Shown in pieces: positions 37,059 through 47,707 of a stretch of DNA of 64,000 nucleotides; the first letter of the stretch is position 1, and each line of letters starts with the position of its first letter. The notes beneath the pieces are model-generated. The model saw nothing but the letters and a program-made list of their open reading frames with translations, was not told where the DNA came from and searched no databases. The stretch lies in the IMG/VR virus record IMGVR_UViG_3300027996_000008. The stretch is one strand, 5' to 3'. A program made the position numbers and the translations under genes. The stretch is from a virus.

Positions 37059-40028
37059 ATGACATTAAGGTTTAGTATGGATTTTCCAGAGAATTTTTCA
37101 GATTTATACAATAAGATTCATTCAAATGAAAAGGGTAGATTGATGTTAGAAATTGAAGGAATTAGTAGGGATAATTTAGATTTTGCAAAGAATTCCAAAA
37201 AATATTTTCTAACAGATAATGTTGCTGATATAAGTATTGATTCTAATGCTAATGTTGATAATGGTATAAATCATGCTAATTATGTTAGTGAATTATCAAA
37301 ACCAATGTTAAAATTAGAAAATTATTTTTTAATTTATAGAATGATTGAAAAAGAATATGGAGAAGAAGAAGCAAATAAAATATTCAAATCTATAATATAT
37401 TCGGATATTTACCTACATGACCCAACAAATGTACAGGTCCCTTATTGTTTTTCAACAACAACATCACGAATAATGATAGAAGGTAGACCTTGGAGTGAAC
37501 CAGTAGCAATACCACCAAAAACAGCAGCATCATTTATTGGTCAAGTAATTGAGACAGTGATGAATCTGTCCAGTAGCCAAATGGCAGGGGCTGTTGCTAT
37601 AGGTGATTTATTTGTGAATTATTCATATTATGCAAAAAAAGAAAATCTAACTGATAAACAAATAGAAAATCATTTTCAATCTCTTGTGTATATTTTTAAC
37701 AATAAATTTTCTCGTGGATCTCAGAGTCCATTTACTAATCTAAGTCTTTTTTGTAGAAATAATTTAGAAGCATTATTTAATGGATATATGTTTCCTGATT
37801 TTACAAAACCAGATTTTGACTATGTAATGAAGATTCAGAAAATATATATGAAATTCTTTTGTAAAGGAGATCCTACAACAAATGAACCATACAGATTTCC
37901 AGTTCTCACATCTGCATTTCTACATGATAAAGAAAATGAAATAGAATTAGATGAAGAATTTTTTGATATCGTAGCAGAACATAATATTTCAAAAAGCATT
38001 ATGAATGTATATGTTTCTGATTCAGTTGGTAAAATTGCTTCTTGTTGTTTTACAAACGATCAAATGGTCTTAACAAAATCAAGTAATAACGGAGTTAAAT
38101 TATCAACAATAAAGGAAATTGTTGAAACTAGAATGATTGATAGAGAAAATTTTAAAGTTTGGCAAAATGGATTTTGGTCTAAGGCTAAAATGGTTAAAAT
38201 TTTAAAACAAAATAGAGAAATATTTCAAGTTGAAACTGTTAATAATAAAATTTTAAAAATGACAGAAGATCATTTAAATTTAACATTTGATGGTGAAAAA
38301 TTAACAAAAGATTTAACCGAAAATGATTATATTGCTTTTAATACAAATGAAACAAAATCTATACCAGAACATAGCGAAAATTTAACTTATGAGCAGGGAG
38401 TTTTGATTGGTGCATATCTTGGTGATGGTAGTTCTGAAAAAAATAGAATTAATTTTAGTATTAATAAGGAAAAATATGAAAAATTAAACAAAATAATAGC
38501 TAAAGCTCTTGAACAGTGGAATTTAAATGTGAAAATGAAACTTTATAAAGAATATAATAATGTTTATCCTTGCGTTATATCATCAAAAGAGCTTCATACA
38601 ATAATTAAACGTTGGGTAAAAGGTTCATGTTGCTATGAAAAGAGTTTAAATTTAGATGTGATTTTACAATCGATTGAATTTAGAAAGGGAATTTTGGATG
38701 GTATGTATATAACAGATGGTGGAAATAGTAATAGAATATATACAACATCAGAACAATTATCCAAAGATTTTGAAGTTTTAATAACATCGCTTGGTAAAAA
38801 TAGTATTATTAATATTTCAGATAGAACAGACGAAAAGGTTATGATAAGAGGAGAAGAATTTAATAGAAATCATGTTTTATATTGTATTAGATGGTATGAA
38901 AATAGACATAAATCTAAACAGAAAAACATATATAAATTCAAAAACAACACAATATATTTTAAAATTAAAAATATAACAAATATAACAAATATCTATAAAG
39001 ATGAATATGTATATTGTTTTGAAATGAAAGATCAAACAAATCCATATTTTACATTACCAACAGGAATTAACACACATAATTGCAGATTGAATTCTCAAAC
39101 AAAGTTAAATGGTGCAGATTCATTTGGGAATGGCGGATTATCAGTAGGTAGTCATAGGGTTGTATCAATTAATTTACCAAGAGTAGCAATTGAAAGTGAA
39201 TTTCAATCAGATGATCAAAATAGAATTGAAAGATTTTATGAAATTTTAGATGATCAACTAGATATGGTTCATAAAACATTAAAGGCACATAGAAAATTAT
39301 TACATAAAAGAGCAGACGCTGGATTTCTTCAATTTGTTAAACCATTAAACTATATAAACATTGATAAAATGTTATTTTCTACAATTGGTATTCTAGGAAT
39401 GCATGAAATGATGTATCACTTAACAGGAAATGATATGTATGATGAAAATGGAAAACTTAAAGAAAATGTAATAGCTCTTGAAAAAAATATTATTAATTAT
39501 ATTAATGATAAAGCTTCTGAGTGGTCTGAAAATGAAAATGTTAATTATAATCTTGAAGAAGTGCCTGGTGAATCACTTGCTCCTAAATTTGCACTAAAAG
39601 ACAAAATAATTTATGGAGAAGAAGTTCAACCATTTGAATTGTATTCAAATCAATTCATTCCTTTAACTGTTGATATGGATATTTTTGATAGAATGAAATA
39701 TGAAGGAATATTTTTCAAAGCTTTATCAGGTGGTGGTATTTGTCATATAAATGTTGATAGTCAAATAAAATCAAAAGAAGACATGAAAAAAATTATGAGA
39801 TATGCAATTGAATGTGGTTTACAACATTTTGCTGTTAATTATAATTTTAATAAATGTGAAAATGGTCATATTCATGTTGGAGATAATAATTTGAAAGTTT
39901 GTGCTGAATGTGGTGGTGAAATTATTGATAACATTTCAAGAGTTGTTGGATTTTTCGTTCCAAGAAGTCAAATGAATAAAATTAGAAGAGAATCAGAATA
40001 TTTTCTAAGAAAATTTAAAGCTGTTTAA
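37059..40028 (+). CDS. nrdD: Class III anaerobic ribonucleotide reductase, intein-containing, no ATP cone
   Basis: IYLHD, QS-F-N, SC|CRL finger loop, E-VP-E, GG-I-H, CENGH..CAECG, SRVVGF. Confidence 0.95.
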   Translation: MTLRFSMDFPENFSDLYNKIHSNEKGRLMLEIEGISRDNLDFAKNSKKYFLTDNVADISIDSNANVDNGINHANYVSELSKPMLKLENYFLIYRMIEKEYGEEEANKIFKSIIYSDIYLHDPTNVQVPYCFSTTTSRIMIEGRPWSEPVAIPPKTAASFIGQVIETVMNLSSSQMAGAVAIGDLFVNYSYYAKKENLTDKQIENHFQSLVYIFNNKFSRGSQSPFTNLSLFCRNNLEALFNGYMFPDFTKPDFDYVMKIQKIYMKFFCKGDPTTNEPYRFPVLTSAFLHDKENEIELDEEFFDIVAEHNISKSIMNVYVSDSVGKIASCCFTNDQMVLTKSSNNGVKLSTIKEIVETRMIDRENFKVWQNGFWSKAKMVKILKQNREIFQVETVNNKILKMTEDHLNLTFDGEKLTKDLTENDYIAFNTNETKSIPEHSENLTYEQGVLIGAYLGDGSSEKNRINFSINKEKYEKLNKIIAKALEQWNLNVKMKLYKEYNNVYPCVISSKELHTIIKRWVKGSCCYEKSLNLDVILQSIEFRKGILDGMYITDGGNSNRIYTTSEQLSKDFEVLITSLGKNSIINISDRTDEKVMIRGEEFNRNHVLYCIRWYENRHKSKQKNIYKFKNNTIYFKIKNITNITNIYKDEYVYCFEMKDQTNPYFTLPTGINTHNCRLNSQTKLNGADSFGNGGLSVGSHRVVSINLPRVAIESEFQSDDQNRIERFYEILDDQLDMVHKTLKAHRKLLHKRADAGFLQFVKPLNYINIDKMLFSTIGILGMHEMMYHLTGNDMYDENGKLKENVIALEKNIINYINDKASEWSENENVNYNLEEVPGESLAPKFALKDKIIYGEEVQPFELYSNQFIPLTVDMDIFDRMKYEGIFFKALSGGGICHINVDSQIKSKEDMKKIMRYAIECGLQHFAVNYNFNKCENGHIHVGDNNLKVCAECGGEIIDNISRVVGFFVPRSQMNKIRRESEYFLRKFKAV
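38046..39080 (+). mobile_element. Intein with LAGLIDADG endonuclease in NrdD (345 aa)
   Basis: Starts CFTNDQMV, TEDH block B, LIGAYLGDG and ILDGMYITDG, ends THN followed by Cys. Confidence 0.95.
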
Positions 40029-40179
40029 CAACACATTCAACCAATCCTATAACATACTATTCAAAAACATTTTTTATTCCTCATACACTTGATATGAAAC
40101 TCTAAGAACCATTTAAATATAACTTTTTCAAAAAATATCTTGACTTTTCTTTAATGATAGAATATAATAGTATTGTGAG

Positions 40180-40539
40180 TTGTTAATTTTTGATTTGGAG
40201 AATAAAATGTATATAATAGGTTTTACAATAGCAATTTGTTGTTTTGTTTCAGCATTTGGAAGATTCATTTCAAGAAGCTGGAATGGAATAACTCTAGAAA
40301 TAAAAACAATAACTATTGTTGGACTATTAGGTCTTACAATGGTTTATTATGATGTGACAAGTCCTGTTGTCACTGAGCAAGAAATTTTCATAACAACACA
40401 CACATTCAAATATAATCTTGGATGTGGTGAATGGAAAATTAAAATTGAAAAAATAACACCAACTCGTTTTGGTGCAATATATAGAATGTCAAAGGGGTTT
40501 ACAGTGTTAGAACAATTGAAAAGATGTGATGAAAAATGA
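40180..40539 (+). CDS. Hypothetical membrane protein
   Basis: Two hydrophobic segments; early promoter at 40140. Confidence 0.6.
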   Translation: MLIFDLENKMYIIGFTIAICCFVSAFGRFISRSWNGITLEIKTITIVGLLGLTMVYYDVTSPVVTEQEIFITTHTFKYNLGCGEWKIKIEKITPTRFGAIYRMSKGFTVLEQLKRCDEK

Positions 40540-40745
40540 AACTAAATAAAATATTTGAAAAATCAAATGAATATAAAAAATATTTATCAAGTGGATTATA
40601 TTATGGTATAAGATACTATAATAGTATAAGATATTATAATTTAAATCTAAATAATTATGAATGGATTTTTTTTGATGTTACATATTTTAATGTATGGGTT
40701 AAAGAAAATTTTAAAACATTTGATAATTATGAGGAATACAAATGA
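40536..40745 (+). CDS. MKLNK-family mini-protein 1
   Basis: MKLNKIFEKS..YLSSGL ... YEEYK. Confidence 0.8.
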   Translation: MKLNKIFEKSNEYKKYLSSGLYYGIRYYNSIRYYNLNLNNYEWIFFDVTYFNVWVKENFKTFDNYEEYK

Positions 40746-40936
40746 AGCTTAACAAAAGATTTGAAAAGTCAAATGAAGGTATTAAATTTCTATCAAGTGG
40801 TTTGTATTTAAGTGGTTCTAAAGGATTACGATTAAGTTATAAGAAATGGATTTATTTTGATATTGCATATTTTAATGTATGGTTAAAAGATACTGAAAAT
40901 TCTGTATTATCAATTGATTATGAGAAATACAGATGA
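40742..40936 (+). CDS. MKLNK-family mini-protein 2
   Basis: MKLNKRFEKS..FLSSGL ... YEKYR. Confidence 0.8.
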   Translation: MKLNKRFEKSNEGIKFLSSGLYLSGSKGLRLSYKKWIYFDIAYFNVWLKDTENSVLSIDYEKYR

Positions 40937-41145
40937 ATCTGAATAGAATATTTGAAGCTAATAGAGATATATTTAAAAATGTATGGATTAATAAAATAGA
41001 TAGAGTATATTATGCAATATGCCATAATGATATAGTGTTAATTTTTAGTAATAATTCATTTACACGTAAAAATGAATGTTTTTTATATTTAAGAGGAAAT
41101 TTTGAAACACAGCAAGATATAGAATTACATGGGTATTGGTTATGA
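40933..41145 (+). CDS. MKLNK-family mini-protein 3 (divergent)
   Basis: MNLNRIFEA start, ATGA-coupled. Confidence 0.6.
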   Translation: MNLNRIFEANRDIFKNVWINKIDRVYYAICHNDIVLIFSNNSFTRKNECFLYLRGNFETQQDIELHGYWL

Positions 41146-41333
41146 AGCTCAATAAATGTATTGAAAAGTCTAAAAATTTTTATTCAATTCAATTTCTATC
41201 AAGTGGATTATATAAAAGCTCTAGTAATATTTTACAAATAAATATAAATGTTTATATTGAATATTATAAAAATTTAATTATCTTTTGTTATTATAAAAAT
41301 GAAGATAGAATTTACTATGAGGAATATCAATGA
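41142..41333 (+). CDS. MKLNK-family mini-protein 4
   Basis: MKLNKCIEKS..FLSSGL ... YEEYQ; stop overlaps gp47 ATG. Confidence 0.8.
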   Translation: MKLNKCIEKSKNFYSIQFLSSGLYKSSSNILQININVYIEYYKNLIIFCYYKNEDRIYYEEYQ

Positions 41334-42358
41334 AACATTTAATTTTGAGTGATTTACATTTCGGTGTAAAAACAGATGATTTTTTTATAAACTATCAAAA
41401 AAATTATCTTTTATCTCTAATAGAAATAATTAAAGAATATAATATAGAAAATATTATTGTAACAGGTGATATAAACGATAAAAGAAAAATCACTGATAAT
41501 AGAATTCTAAATATATTCAAAGATATTTTTAATGAGATAGAAAGACAAACAAATATTGGATATATTGCAATTGTTGGAAATCATGATATGTATTATAAAA
41601 ATTCACACAAATATAATTCAGTTGGAAACTTTTTCTCAGACAATTTGAAACACTTATCAATTGTTGATCAATGTTACAAATATAAAAATATGGTATTTGT
41701 TCCATGGATTACAACAGACAACTATGAATATGTTTCTGAGTTTATATCTAAACACAACTCAAAGGATAACTATTTATTTGGTCATTTTGCATTAAAAGGG
41801 TTTAAAATGACTGGAAATTACACATGTAAGAAATCTCAAATATTTAAATCAGATTATGAAAATTATGCAAAAGTTTTCTCAGGTCACTTTCACAATCAAC
41901 AAGAAAAGGATAATATTTTATATGTTGGAAATCCTTGGCAAACAAATTTTGGTGAATTAGAAAAAAAAGGCTGTTGGATTTTTGACAATGATTCAGGAGA
42001 AATTGAATTTATGGAAAATAAAAACAATCTTTTTGAAAAACATTTTATTAAAGATAATGAAGATTTACAAGGAATTGAAAAAAAATTATTGACTATTACA
42101 AATAAATATGTTAAAATTTATATAGATTCAATTGATAATAAATATATTAATTCAATTGATATGATTATAGAAAAACTAAAACCAAAAGAGGTTGATACTT
42201 CTATAAAGGATTTAGATTTAGAAATAGATGAAGATGTTGATTTTTCAATTGTTGAAAATGTTGATAAAGAATATTTCAATCAGTTGAAAATAGAAAATAA
42301 AAAAGTATTGCAGGAATTATTTAAAAATTATGAAATTAGAAATGAAATGGAGGATTGA
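41330..42358 (+). CDS. gp47: Recombination endonuclease nuclease subunit (Mre11/SbcD-like)
   Basis: SDLHFG, GD--D-R, GNHD, GH, SGHFH, Y-G-P. Confidence 0.95.
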   Translation: MKHLILSDLHFGVKTDDFFINYQKNYLLSLIEIIKEYNIENIIVTGDINDKRKITDNRILNIFKDIFNEIERQTNIGYIAIVGNHDMYYKNSHKYNSVGNFFSDNLKHLSIVDQCYKYKNMVFVPWITTDNYEYVSEFISKHNSKDNYLFGHFALKGFKMTGNYTCKKSQIFKSDYENYAKVFSGHFHNQQEKDNILYVGNPWQTNFGELEKKGCWIFDNDSGEIEFMENKNNLFEKHFIKDNEDLQGIEKKLLTITNKYVKIYIDSIDNKYINSIDMIIEKLKPKEVDTSIKDLDLEIDEDVDFSIVENVDKEYFNQLKIENKKVLQELFKNYEIRNEMED

Positions 42359-42359
42359 G

Positions 42360-42764
42360 ATGGCTAATGACAAAGACAAAACAAAAGACAAAGACAAAAC
42401 AAAAGACAAAGAAATAGAAGTTATTGAAGAAATAAAGATTAAACCAAAAAAACTAAAGAAACAAATTAGATTAGAAATGTTAGATTGCGATGAGTTTGGA
42501 GGAAAAATTGCTGATGTTATTGATAAATTATCAACATTAGAAATGAAATATATAAATTCAGGTGTTTCAAATATAGAAATAATATGCAAAGGATCTTATG
42601 ATAATGCATATTACATTCTTTATGGTATTCGTGAAGAAACTGACAAAGAATATGATAAAAGAATAGATAAAGAAAACAAAAAAACAGAACAAAAACAGAA
42701 ATTAATAGAAAAGAAGTTGAAAGAAATTAAAGAACTTCAGGAGTATATTGATGAAAATAGTTAA
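42360..42764 (+). CDS. Hypothetical protein with an 18-bp DKDKTK tandem repeat
   Basis: GGAGG SD before MANDKDK. Confidence 0.6.
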   Translation: MANDKDKTKDKDKTKDKEIEVIEEIKIKPKKLKKQIRLEMLDCDEFGGKIADVIDKLSTLEMKYINSGVSNIEIICKGSYDNAYYILYGIREETDKEYDKRIDKENKKTEQKQKLIEKKLKEIKELQEYIDENS

Positions 42765-42954
42765 CACTGAAAACAAAAAAGTGGTTCTAATGGGACCTAA
42801 AGAGTTTGAGATTTTGCCTTTTCTTTATCGAATTGCATTAAAGGAAATAGAAAATGGTTTGAAATCTCATGTTGATGAAGCATCTAAACAAGTGCTAATT
42901 GAAAGAAAAAAGATAATTCAGAAAATGATGAAAGAAATGCCAGAGGAGGAATAA
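42748..42954 (+). CDS. Hypothetical protein
   Basis: Operon packing. Confidence 0.55.
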   Translation: MMKIVNTENKKVVLMGPKEFEILPFLYRIALKEIENGLKSHVDEASKQVLIERKKIIQKMMKEMPEEE

Positions 42955-43638
42955 TTGATGAAAATAATAGGGTTAAGAATTGAAAAGTATATAGGAAAAT
43001 ATGTAAGTGGTTCTAATTGTGATTTTGAATATAAAGATTCTGAATTTGAAAGACATGTTCTTTGTGTAATTCTTGAAAATAATATAAGAGTAGAAATAAC
43101 ATTAACAGATGAAGAAGGAGAGTGTTATTCTGGATGGTGTTGTGCTTCATACGCAAATGTTGAATTTAAAGTAGTAAAAAGATTTAATGGATTTAATTTT
43201 AAACCAAAACAACTTATTATTATAGACGAAATAAAAGATTTGGTAGATTTACAAATTTTTTTTGAAAAAGATGAAATTCATTGTGATTTGCTAGAATTAA
43301 GCAAATTGGGTGGAGATGAATATTATCCTTCTGGATATTATAGTGTCAATATGGATTTATTTCAAAAAACAAACAGAGCAAAAGAAAAAAGACCTTGTTT
43401 TCTATTCAAAGGAGAATCAGCAATTGGCAAATCTTATTTGTCTTCTAGATTCAAAAAAGACGTTATAGTTTTTGAAACAGATTTTTGGGATATTTTACCA
43501 GATAAAATTGTTGCAGACGTTATAGTTTTTGGAAATAGGTCTAAATTTAGTATTGAAGAAATAGAATCAAAAACAAAGGATATAGAACTTGTTATAGTTG
43601 ATTTTACATATTTTAAAAAATTAAATGAGGTAGAGTGA
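42955..43638 (+). CDS. Hypothetical protein with C-terminal P-loop-like motif
   Basis: GESAIGKS. Confidence 0.6.
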   Translation: MMKIIGLRIEKYIGKYVSGSNCDFEYKDSEFERHVLCVILENNIRVEITLTDEEGECYSGWCCASYANVEFKVVKRFNGFNFKPKQLIIIDEIKDLVDLQIFFEKDEIHCDLLELSKLGGDEYYPSGYYSVNMDLFQKTNRAKEKRPCFLFKGESAIGKSYLSSRFKKDVIVFETDFWDILPDKIVADVIVFGNRSKFSIEEIESKTKDIELVIVDFTYFKKLNEVE

Positions 43639-43844
43639 TGTTTATACTAGCTAAATACATATTAAAATTTGGCGGTTGTTATTGTTATACAATCACAAAG
43701 AAATATACAACTGAATCATTGGATTTTGCTTTAAAAATTTATAATAGATACGAAAATCATAATATTATAAAAAATAAGCAAAAACTAATAACAAAAATTT
43801 TAAAAGAAAATTTTGAAGAAAGGATTATAAATGAAGAAGGTTAA
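43635..43844 (+). CDS. Hypothetical protein
   Basis: Operon packing. Confidence 0.5.
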   Translation: MMFILAKYILKFGGCYCYTITKKYTTESLDFALKIYNRYENHNIIKNKQKLITKILKENFEERIINEEG

Positions 43845-44046
43845 AAATATATTTGGTTGGAATACACCAAAACATTTTATTAAATTTATGAAGATAACAA
43901 AACATCTTGAATATGGATTTATAGAATGGTCTTTAGTTCTTAAAAAATATAGAAAATATCAAATTAAAGCATATTTGCTATTGCTAGTTGAAAAATTAGT
44001 TGAAATACTAAATAAAAATGTTGTTATTAAATTGGAGGATAGTTAA
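43831..44046 (+). CDS. Hypothetical protein
   Basis: Operon packing. Confidence 0.5.
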   Translation: MKKVKNIFGWNTPKHFIKFMKITKHLEYGFIEWSLVLKKYRKYQIKAYLLLLVEKLVEILNKNVVIKLEDS

Positions 44047-44184
44047 TTGTACACTAAAAGAAAAACATTAAAGAAAAAATTTGTTAAACACTTTAAACAC
44101 TTAGACTTTATTCTTGGATTCATTTCAGGATTTTCGTTCACAACTACAATTTTTATATTATTACAGATTATAGGAGGTTAAAAA

Positions 44185-44448
44185 ATGGTTGATATGACAA
44201 AACCAATTGGAAAAATGGATGATGAAGAATTTACAGAAATGCAAGAAGCAATTAAAAATGCAAAATACACAAAAGAAGTTCTTCCAGAAAAAGGAATGTT
44301 TGGTGTATTTTTAGTAATGGTTGTTCAAGAAAAAGAATTTTCAAAAAGAAGACTCTCACCATTATTCAAAAATGTATATGGTGCTAAAGAATGGTTGAAA
44401 ATTCATGATAAAAGAGTTTCTAAGCACAAAGGAGAAAAGAATGGTTGA
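44185..44448 (+). CDS. Hypothetical protein
   Basis: GGAGG SD. Confidence 0.6.
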   Translation: MVDMTKPIGKMDDEEFTEMQEAIKNAKYTKEVLPEKGMFGVFLVMVVQEKEFSKRRLSPLFKNVYGAKEWLKIHDKRVSKHKGEKNG

Positions 44449-44611
44449 TATCTCAAAATGTTCAAATAAAAATTGCAAAAAGAAAGAAATTTGTTACAGA
44501 TATGTTGTAGCTTCTGGTCTCAGACAATCATATGCATATTTTAAACCAGATGAAGAAACAGGAAAATGCAAATATTTTATAAAAGTTGACGAAGGTGTAA
44601 AATTAAATTAG
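44441..44611 (+). CDS. Small Cys-rich protein
   Basis: MVDISKC-N--C-K---CYRY...Q-Y...C-YF. Confidence 0.6.
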   Translation: MVDISKCSNKNCKKKEICYRYVVASGLRQSYAYFKPDEETGKCKYFIKVDEGVKLN

Positions 44612-44620
44612 GAGGTTATT

Positions 44621-44848
44621 ATGCCATTTTATGACATGAAATGCACAAATGAAAAATGCAAAAAGAAAGATGTTGATGTTGAAATAATGTGTTCAATGTC
44701 AAATTCTAAAGAACAAAAATGCAAAGAATGTGGAGAATTATTGAAAATAACACATAAACCTAAAAACAATGGTGTTAGAGGGTTTAGGATAAAAGGTGAA
44801 TGTTGGACAACAACTAGTCATGGTGGGAGTCACACAATTCATGATTGA
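44621..44848 (+). CDS. FmdB-family zinc-ribbon protein
   Basis: MP-YD-KC---C ... C-ECG ... F--KG--W. Confidence 0.82.
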   Translation: MPFYDMKCTNEKCKKKDVDVEIMCSMSNSKEQKCKECGELLKITHKPKNNGVRGFRIKGECWTTTSHGGSHTIHD

Positions 44849-44860
44849 TATTTAAATTAA

Positions 44861-45322
44861 ATGGAGTTTGTTATGAAGAAGAAATTAGAATTCAATTATC
44901 AATTTGATACAGCTAATCTGGTCAAAATAAAACTTAATGTTGGTGCAAGTGCAGTCAATGAGACACTAACTAGAATGGGATTTGGTAGACCTAATTCAAA
45001 AACACTAAATCAAACATGTTTTCTCATCAAGATAAAGAAAGAATGGTATATTATACATTTTAAAGAAGCATATGGATTAACAGGGTGTGATATTAATTGG
45101 AGAGATGAAAATATCCAACACAGAAATACTGTTGCTAGATTACTTCAAGAATGGGGAAATATAACAATTCTAAACGAAGATACAATAGATTTTTCATATG
45201 GAAAGAACATAACAAAAGAACCAGCATTTATTTTCAAAATCAAACACGAAAACAAAGATGATTTTAAATTAAAACCGAAATACTTTATCGATCCTTTAAG
45301 AGGTTTATTACAAGAGATCTAA
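44861..45322 (+). CDS. regA: Translational repressor RegA
   Basis: ETLTR-G, L-QTC, YIIHFKE, RN--A-LL-EWG. Confidence 0.9.
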   Translation: MEFVMKKKLEFNYQFDTANLVKIKLNVGASAVNETLTRMGFGRPNSKTLNQTCFLIKIKKEWYIIHFKEAYGLTGCDINWRDENIQHRNTVARLLQEWGNITILNEDTIDFSYGKNITKEPAFIFKIKHENKDDFKLKPKYFIDPLRGLLQEI

Positions 45323-45394
45323 AAAACGTTTTGACATTTTAATAAAAATCAGTTATAATTATTATAGGTTGTTAATTTATTTAAGAGGTTTATT

Positions 45395-46825
45395 ATGAAA
45401 AAAATATTTTTAATTTTTGTTTTTTTGGTTGGATGTGTTGGATGTGTTGGAACAGAACCAATCTATGAAAATGATTTTCTAAAAGATTGTTCTAAATTTT
45501 CAGAACAAATTAATTTAAATACAGAAGTTATGAAAATGACATCACTATTGAATTGTAGTGACAATTTTGTCACTAATGTAAAAAATCAAGCTCCACACGG
45601 AACATGTGGAGAATTTGCTGAAACATCAGCATTAGAAACAATGACAGGACTATATTTAGAAGGTCTTGTTGAAAAAAATGACCTTCATGGAGATTTTCTT
45701 AATATTAATCTATCAGAAGCAATGCATCAATATAATAATAATAATTATATTAGTGATAGATCTAAAAAAACAACAACAGAATCTATTTTTCCATATGAAT
45801 TATTTCCAGGGGAAATATCGGAATGGAACACAAATCATTTTAATGAAAATTCAGTTTTTAATTCTGCAATTTTATTTTCTCTAAAATATCAACAATATAA
45901 AAATTGTAGAAACATAATAAAAAATATTGAAAAATATGAAAATTATGAATTGTTTGATATTATTAAAAATATAAAAATAGACATGAAAAAATGTCTTGAT
46001 GAAATAATTGAGAAAACAGAAACAACAACAGTATCATATATAAGCGAAATGAAAACAGTTGAAAATAGAATGTTTATTAGACCTATATGTACAAATGGAA
46101 TAGATAAAATAGAGTGTTCTGAGCTAACAGAACCATTTGGAGGATATAAATATAATTTATTCAATAATAAATTTACAGAAACAGAATTTCAAATTGATTG
46201 GAATGAATATGATAATTCAGTTAAAAAAATGATAAATTCAGGAAGAACAATCATTATTGCTCTTCCTTGGAATCATATGAAGAATGATGAATTAATTGAA
46301 ACAAATAAACCATATAATTTTCAAAAGAGAATTATCAAACCAAAAGATGAATTTGAAATTTTTGAAAATTGTTGGGACGGAAATAGAAATGGAATATGTG
46401 AAGAAAAAGAAGATAAAAATAAAGATGGAGAATGTACATTGATTGATGATTGCAATTATAATTTTAGTGATTCAATTGAAATAGATGAAGATGGAAAAAG
46501 GCATTTTTACAATCATGGTCACAAGGGACACATTGTAAATATAATTGGTTATATTGAAAATGAAGACATAACATATTTTATTGTTAAAAATTCATGGGGA
46601 GATAATTATAAAGGAAAAGATTTATTTTATTTAATACCAACACCTGGAACACATAAAGCATCGAGAAGAGTTTTTGGATTCTATTCACATAAATTTGGAA
46701 TTACTAAAAACAATAAAAAATTAGAAGGAGGCTGGGCAATGAAACAGTTATATAGTAATGATTTACTTCATGATGGAGATGAAGATGGAGTAATAGATTT
46801 ATTAGATAAAGATTTATTTAATTAA
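45395..46825 (+). CDS. Papain-like (C1) cysteine protease, putative lipoprotein
   Basis: Signal peptide with LVGC lipobox; Q..GTC, GH-V-IIGY, KNSWG; DxDxDG Ca-binding-like motifs. Confidence 0.85.
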   Translation: MKKIFLIFVFLVGCVGCVGTEPIYENDFLKDCSKFSEQINLNTEVMKMTSLLNCSDNFVTNVKNQAPHGTCGEFAETSALETMTGLYLEGLVEKNDLHGDFLNINLSEAMHQYNNNNYISDRSKKTTTESIFPYELFPGEISEWNTNHFNENSVFNSAILFSLKYQQYKNCRNIIKNIEKYENYELFDIIKNIKIDMKKCLDEIIEKTETTTVSYISEMKTVENRMFIRPICTNGIDKIECSELTEPFGGYKYNLFNNKFTETEFQIDWNEYDNSVKKMINSGRTIIIALPWNHMKNDELIETNKPYNFQKRIIKPKDEFEIFENCWDGNRNGICEEKEDKNKDGECTLIDDCNYNFSDSIEIDEDGKRHFYNHGHKGHIVNIIGYIENEDITYFIVKNSWGDNYKGKDLFYLIPTPGTHKASRRVFGFYSHKFGITKNNKKLEGGWAMKQLYSNDLLHDGDEDGVIDLLDKDLFN

Positions 46826-46867
46826 AAAATATAAATAATTTCGTATTAAATATATGGAGTTATTAAA

Positions 46868-47674
46868 ATGGGAAAAGAATTTAAAACAAAAGAAGATTTT
46901 GAAAAACATATTGAGAAAATAACATCAGTTAAAACAGGCAATTTAGTTTTTCCTCTAAAATTAAAAACGTTTATTCAAAATGAAGATTATAGTAAAAGTG
47001 CATGTTTTATTAGATTCATACCAAAATTCAAAAAAGTAGTATCTGATATAGCAAATAAAGTTACAAAGGAAACACTCGAACCAATGAGCTTTAGTTCAAT
47101 CATCATGCCAATTTTACCAGTTGAAGATACATTATCAAATCAATGGGGATCTGTTGAAGGCGCTAAATTGCTAGCAGGTGAAATAACTGGTGGAAAGGTT
47201 ATAGAATATAGCAGTTGGTTAGCAGCAAGAAGTTTAGGTGCTGGGGTTCCAGAAGCTGTTAGAACAAGAGTTACAAAGGCACTTACTGGAGGAACAACAA
47301 TCAATCCATTCGACAAACTATTATATCAGGGACATCAGAGAAGATCAATTAATCTAACATTCAATTTTTTAAAACCAGAATCAAAAGAAGATGAATTAAA
47401 CTTAAGATCAATTGCTAATCTGTTCAGAACATTATCAATTGGTAGCTATGATTCATTAGTGATCAAGAATCCTATTTTGTGGAATGTGGAATTTGTTAGT
47501 TATCCAGATTATAGTGGATTTCTAAAATATAAAAAATGTGGGATTGGTGATGTGACAGTTAGATTTGGCGACGATGGTGAATTTAAAGCAATGAAAAGTG
47601 GAATGCCATTTATGAGTCTTTCTATGTCAATCAATGAAACTGAATATCCAAGTATAGAAGATGTAATTATATAA
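46868..47674 (+). CDS. gp48: Baseplate tail-tube cap gp48-like
   Basis: NPF---LYQG---R---L-F-F-P-S--E, and L-Y--C-I--V-V ... L-M---E-E; late promoter. Confidence 0.75.
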   Translation: MGKEFKTKEDFEKHIEKITSVKTGNLVFPLKLKTFIQNEDYSKSACFIRFIPKFKKVVSDIANKVTKETLEPMSFSSIIMPILPVEDTLSNQWGSVEGAKLLAGEITGGKVIEYSSWLAARSLGAGVPEAVRTRVTKALTGGTTINPFDKLLYQGHQRRSINLTFNFLKPESKEDELNLRSIANLFRTLSIGSYDSLVIKNPILWNVEFVSYPDYSGFLKYKKCGIGDVTVRFGDDGEFKAMKSGMPFMSLSMSINETEYPSIEDVII

Positions 47675-47707
47675 AAAGAATCTAATATTTTCAATCATTT
47701 ATAAAAA

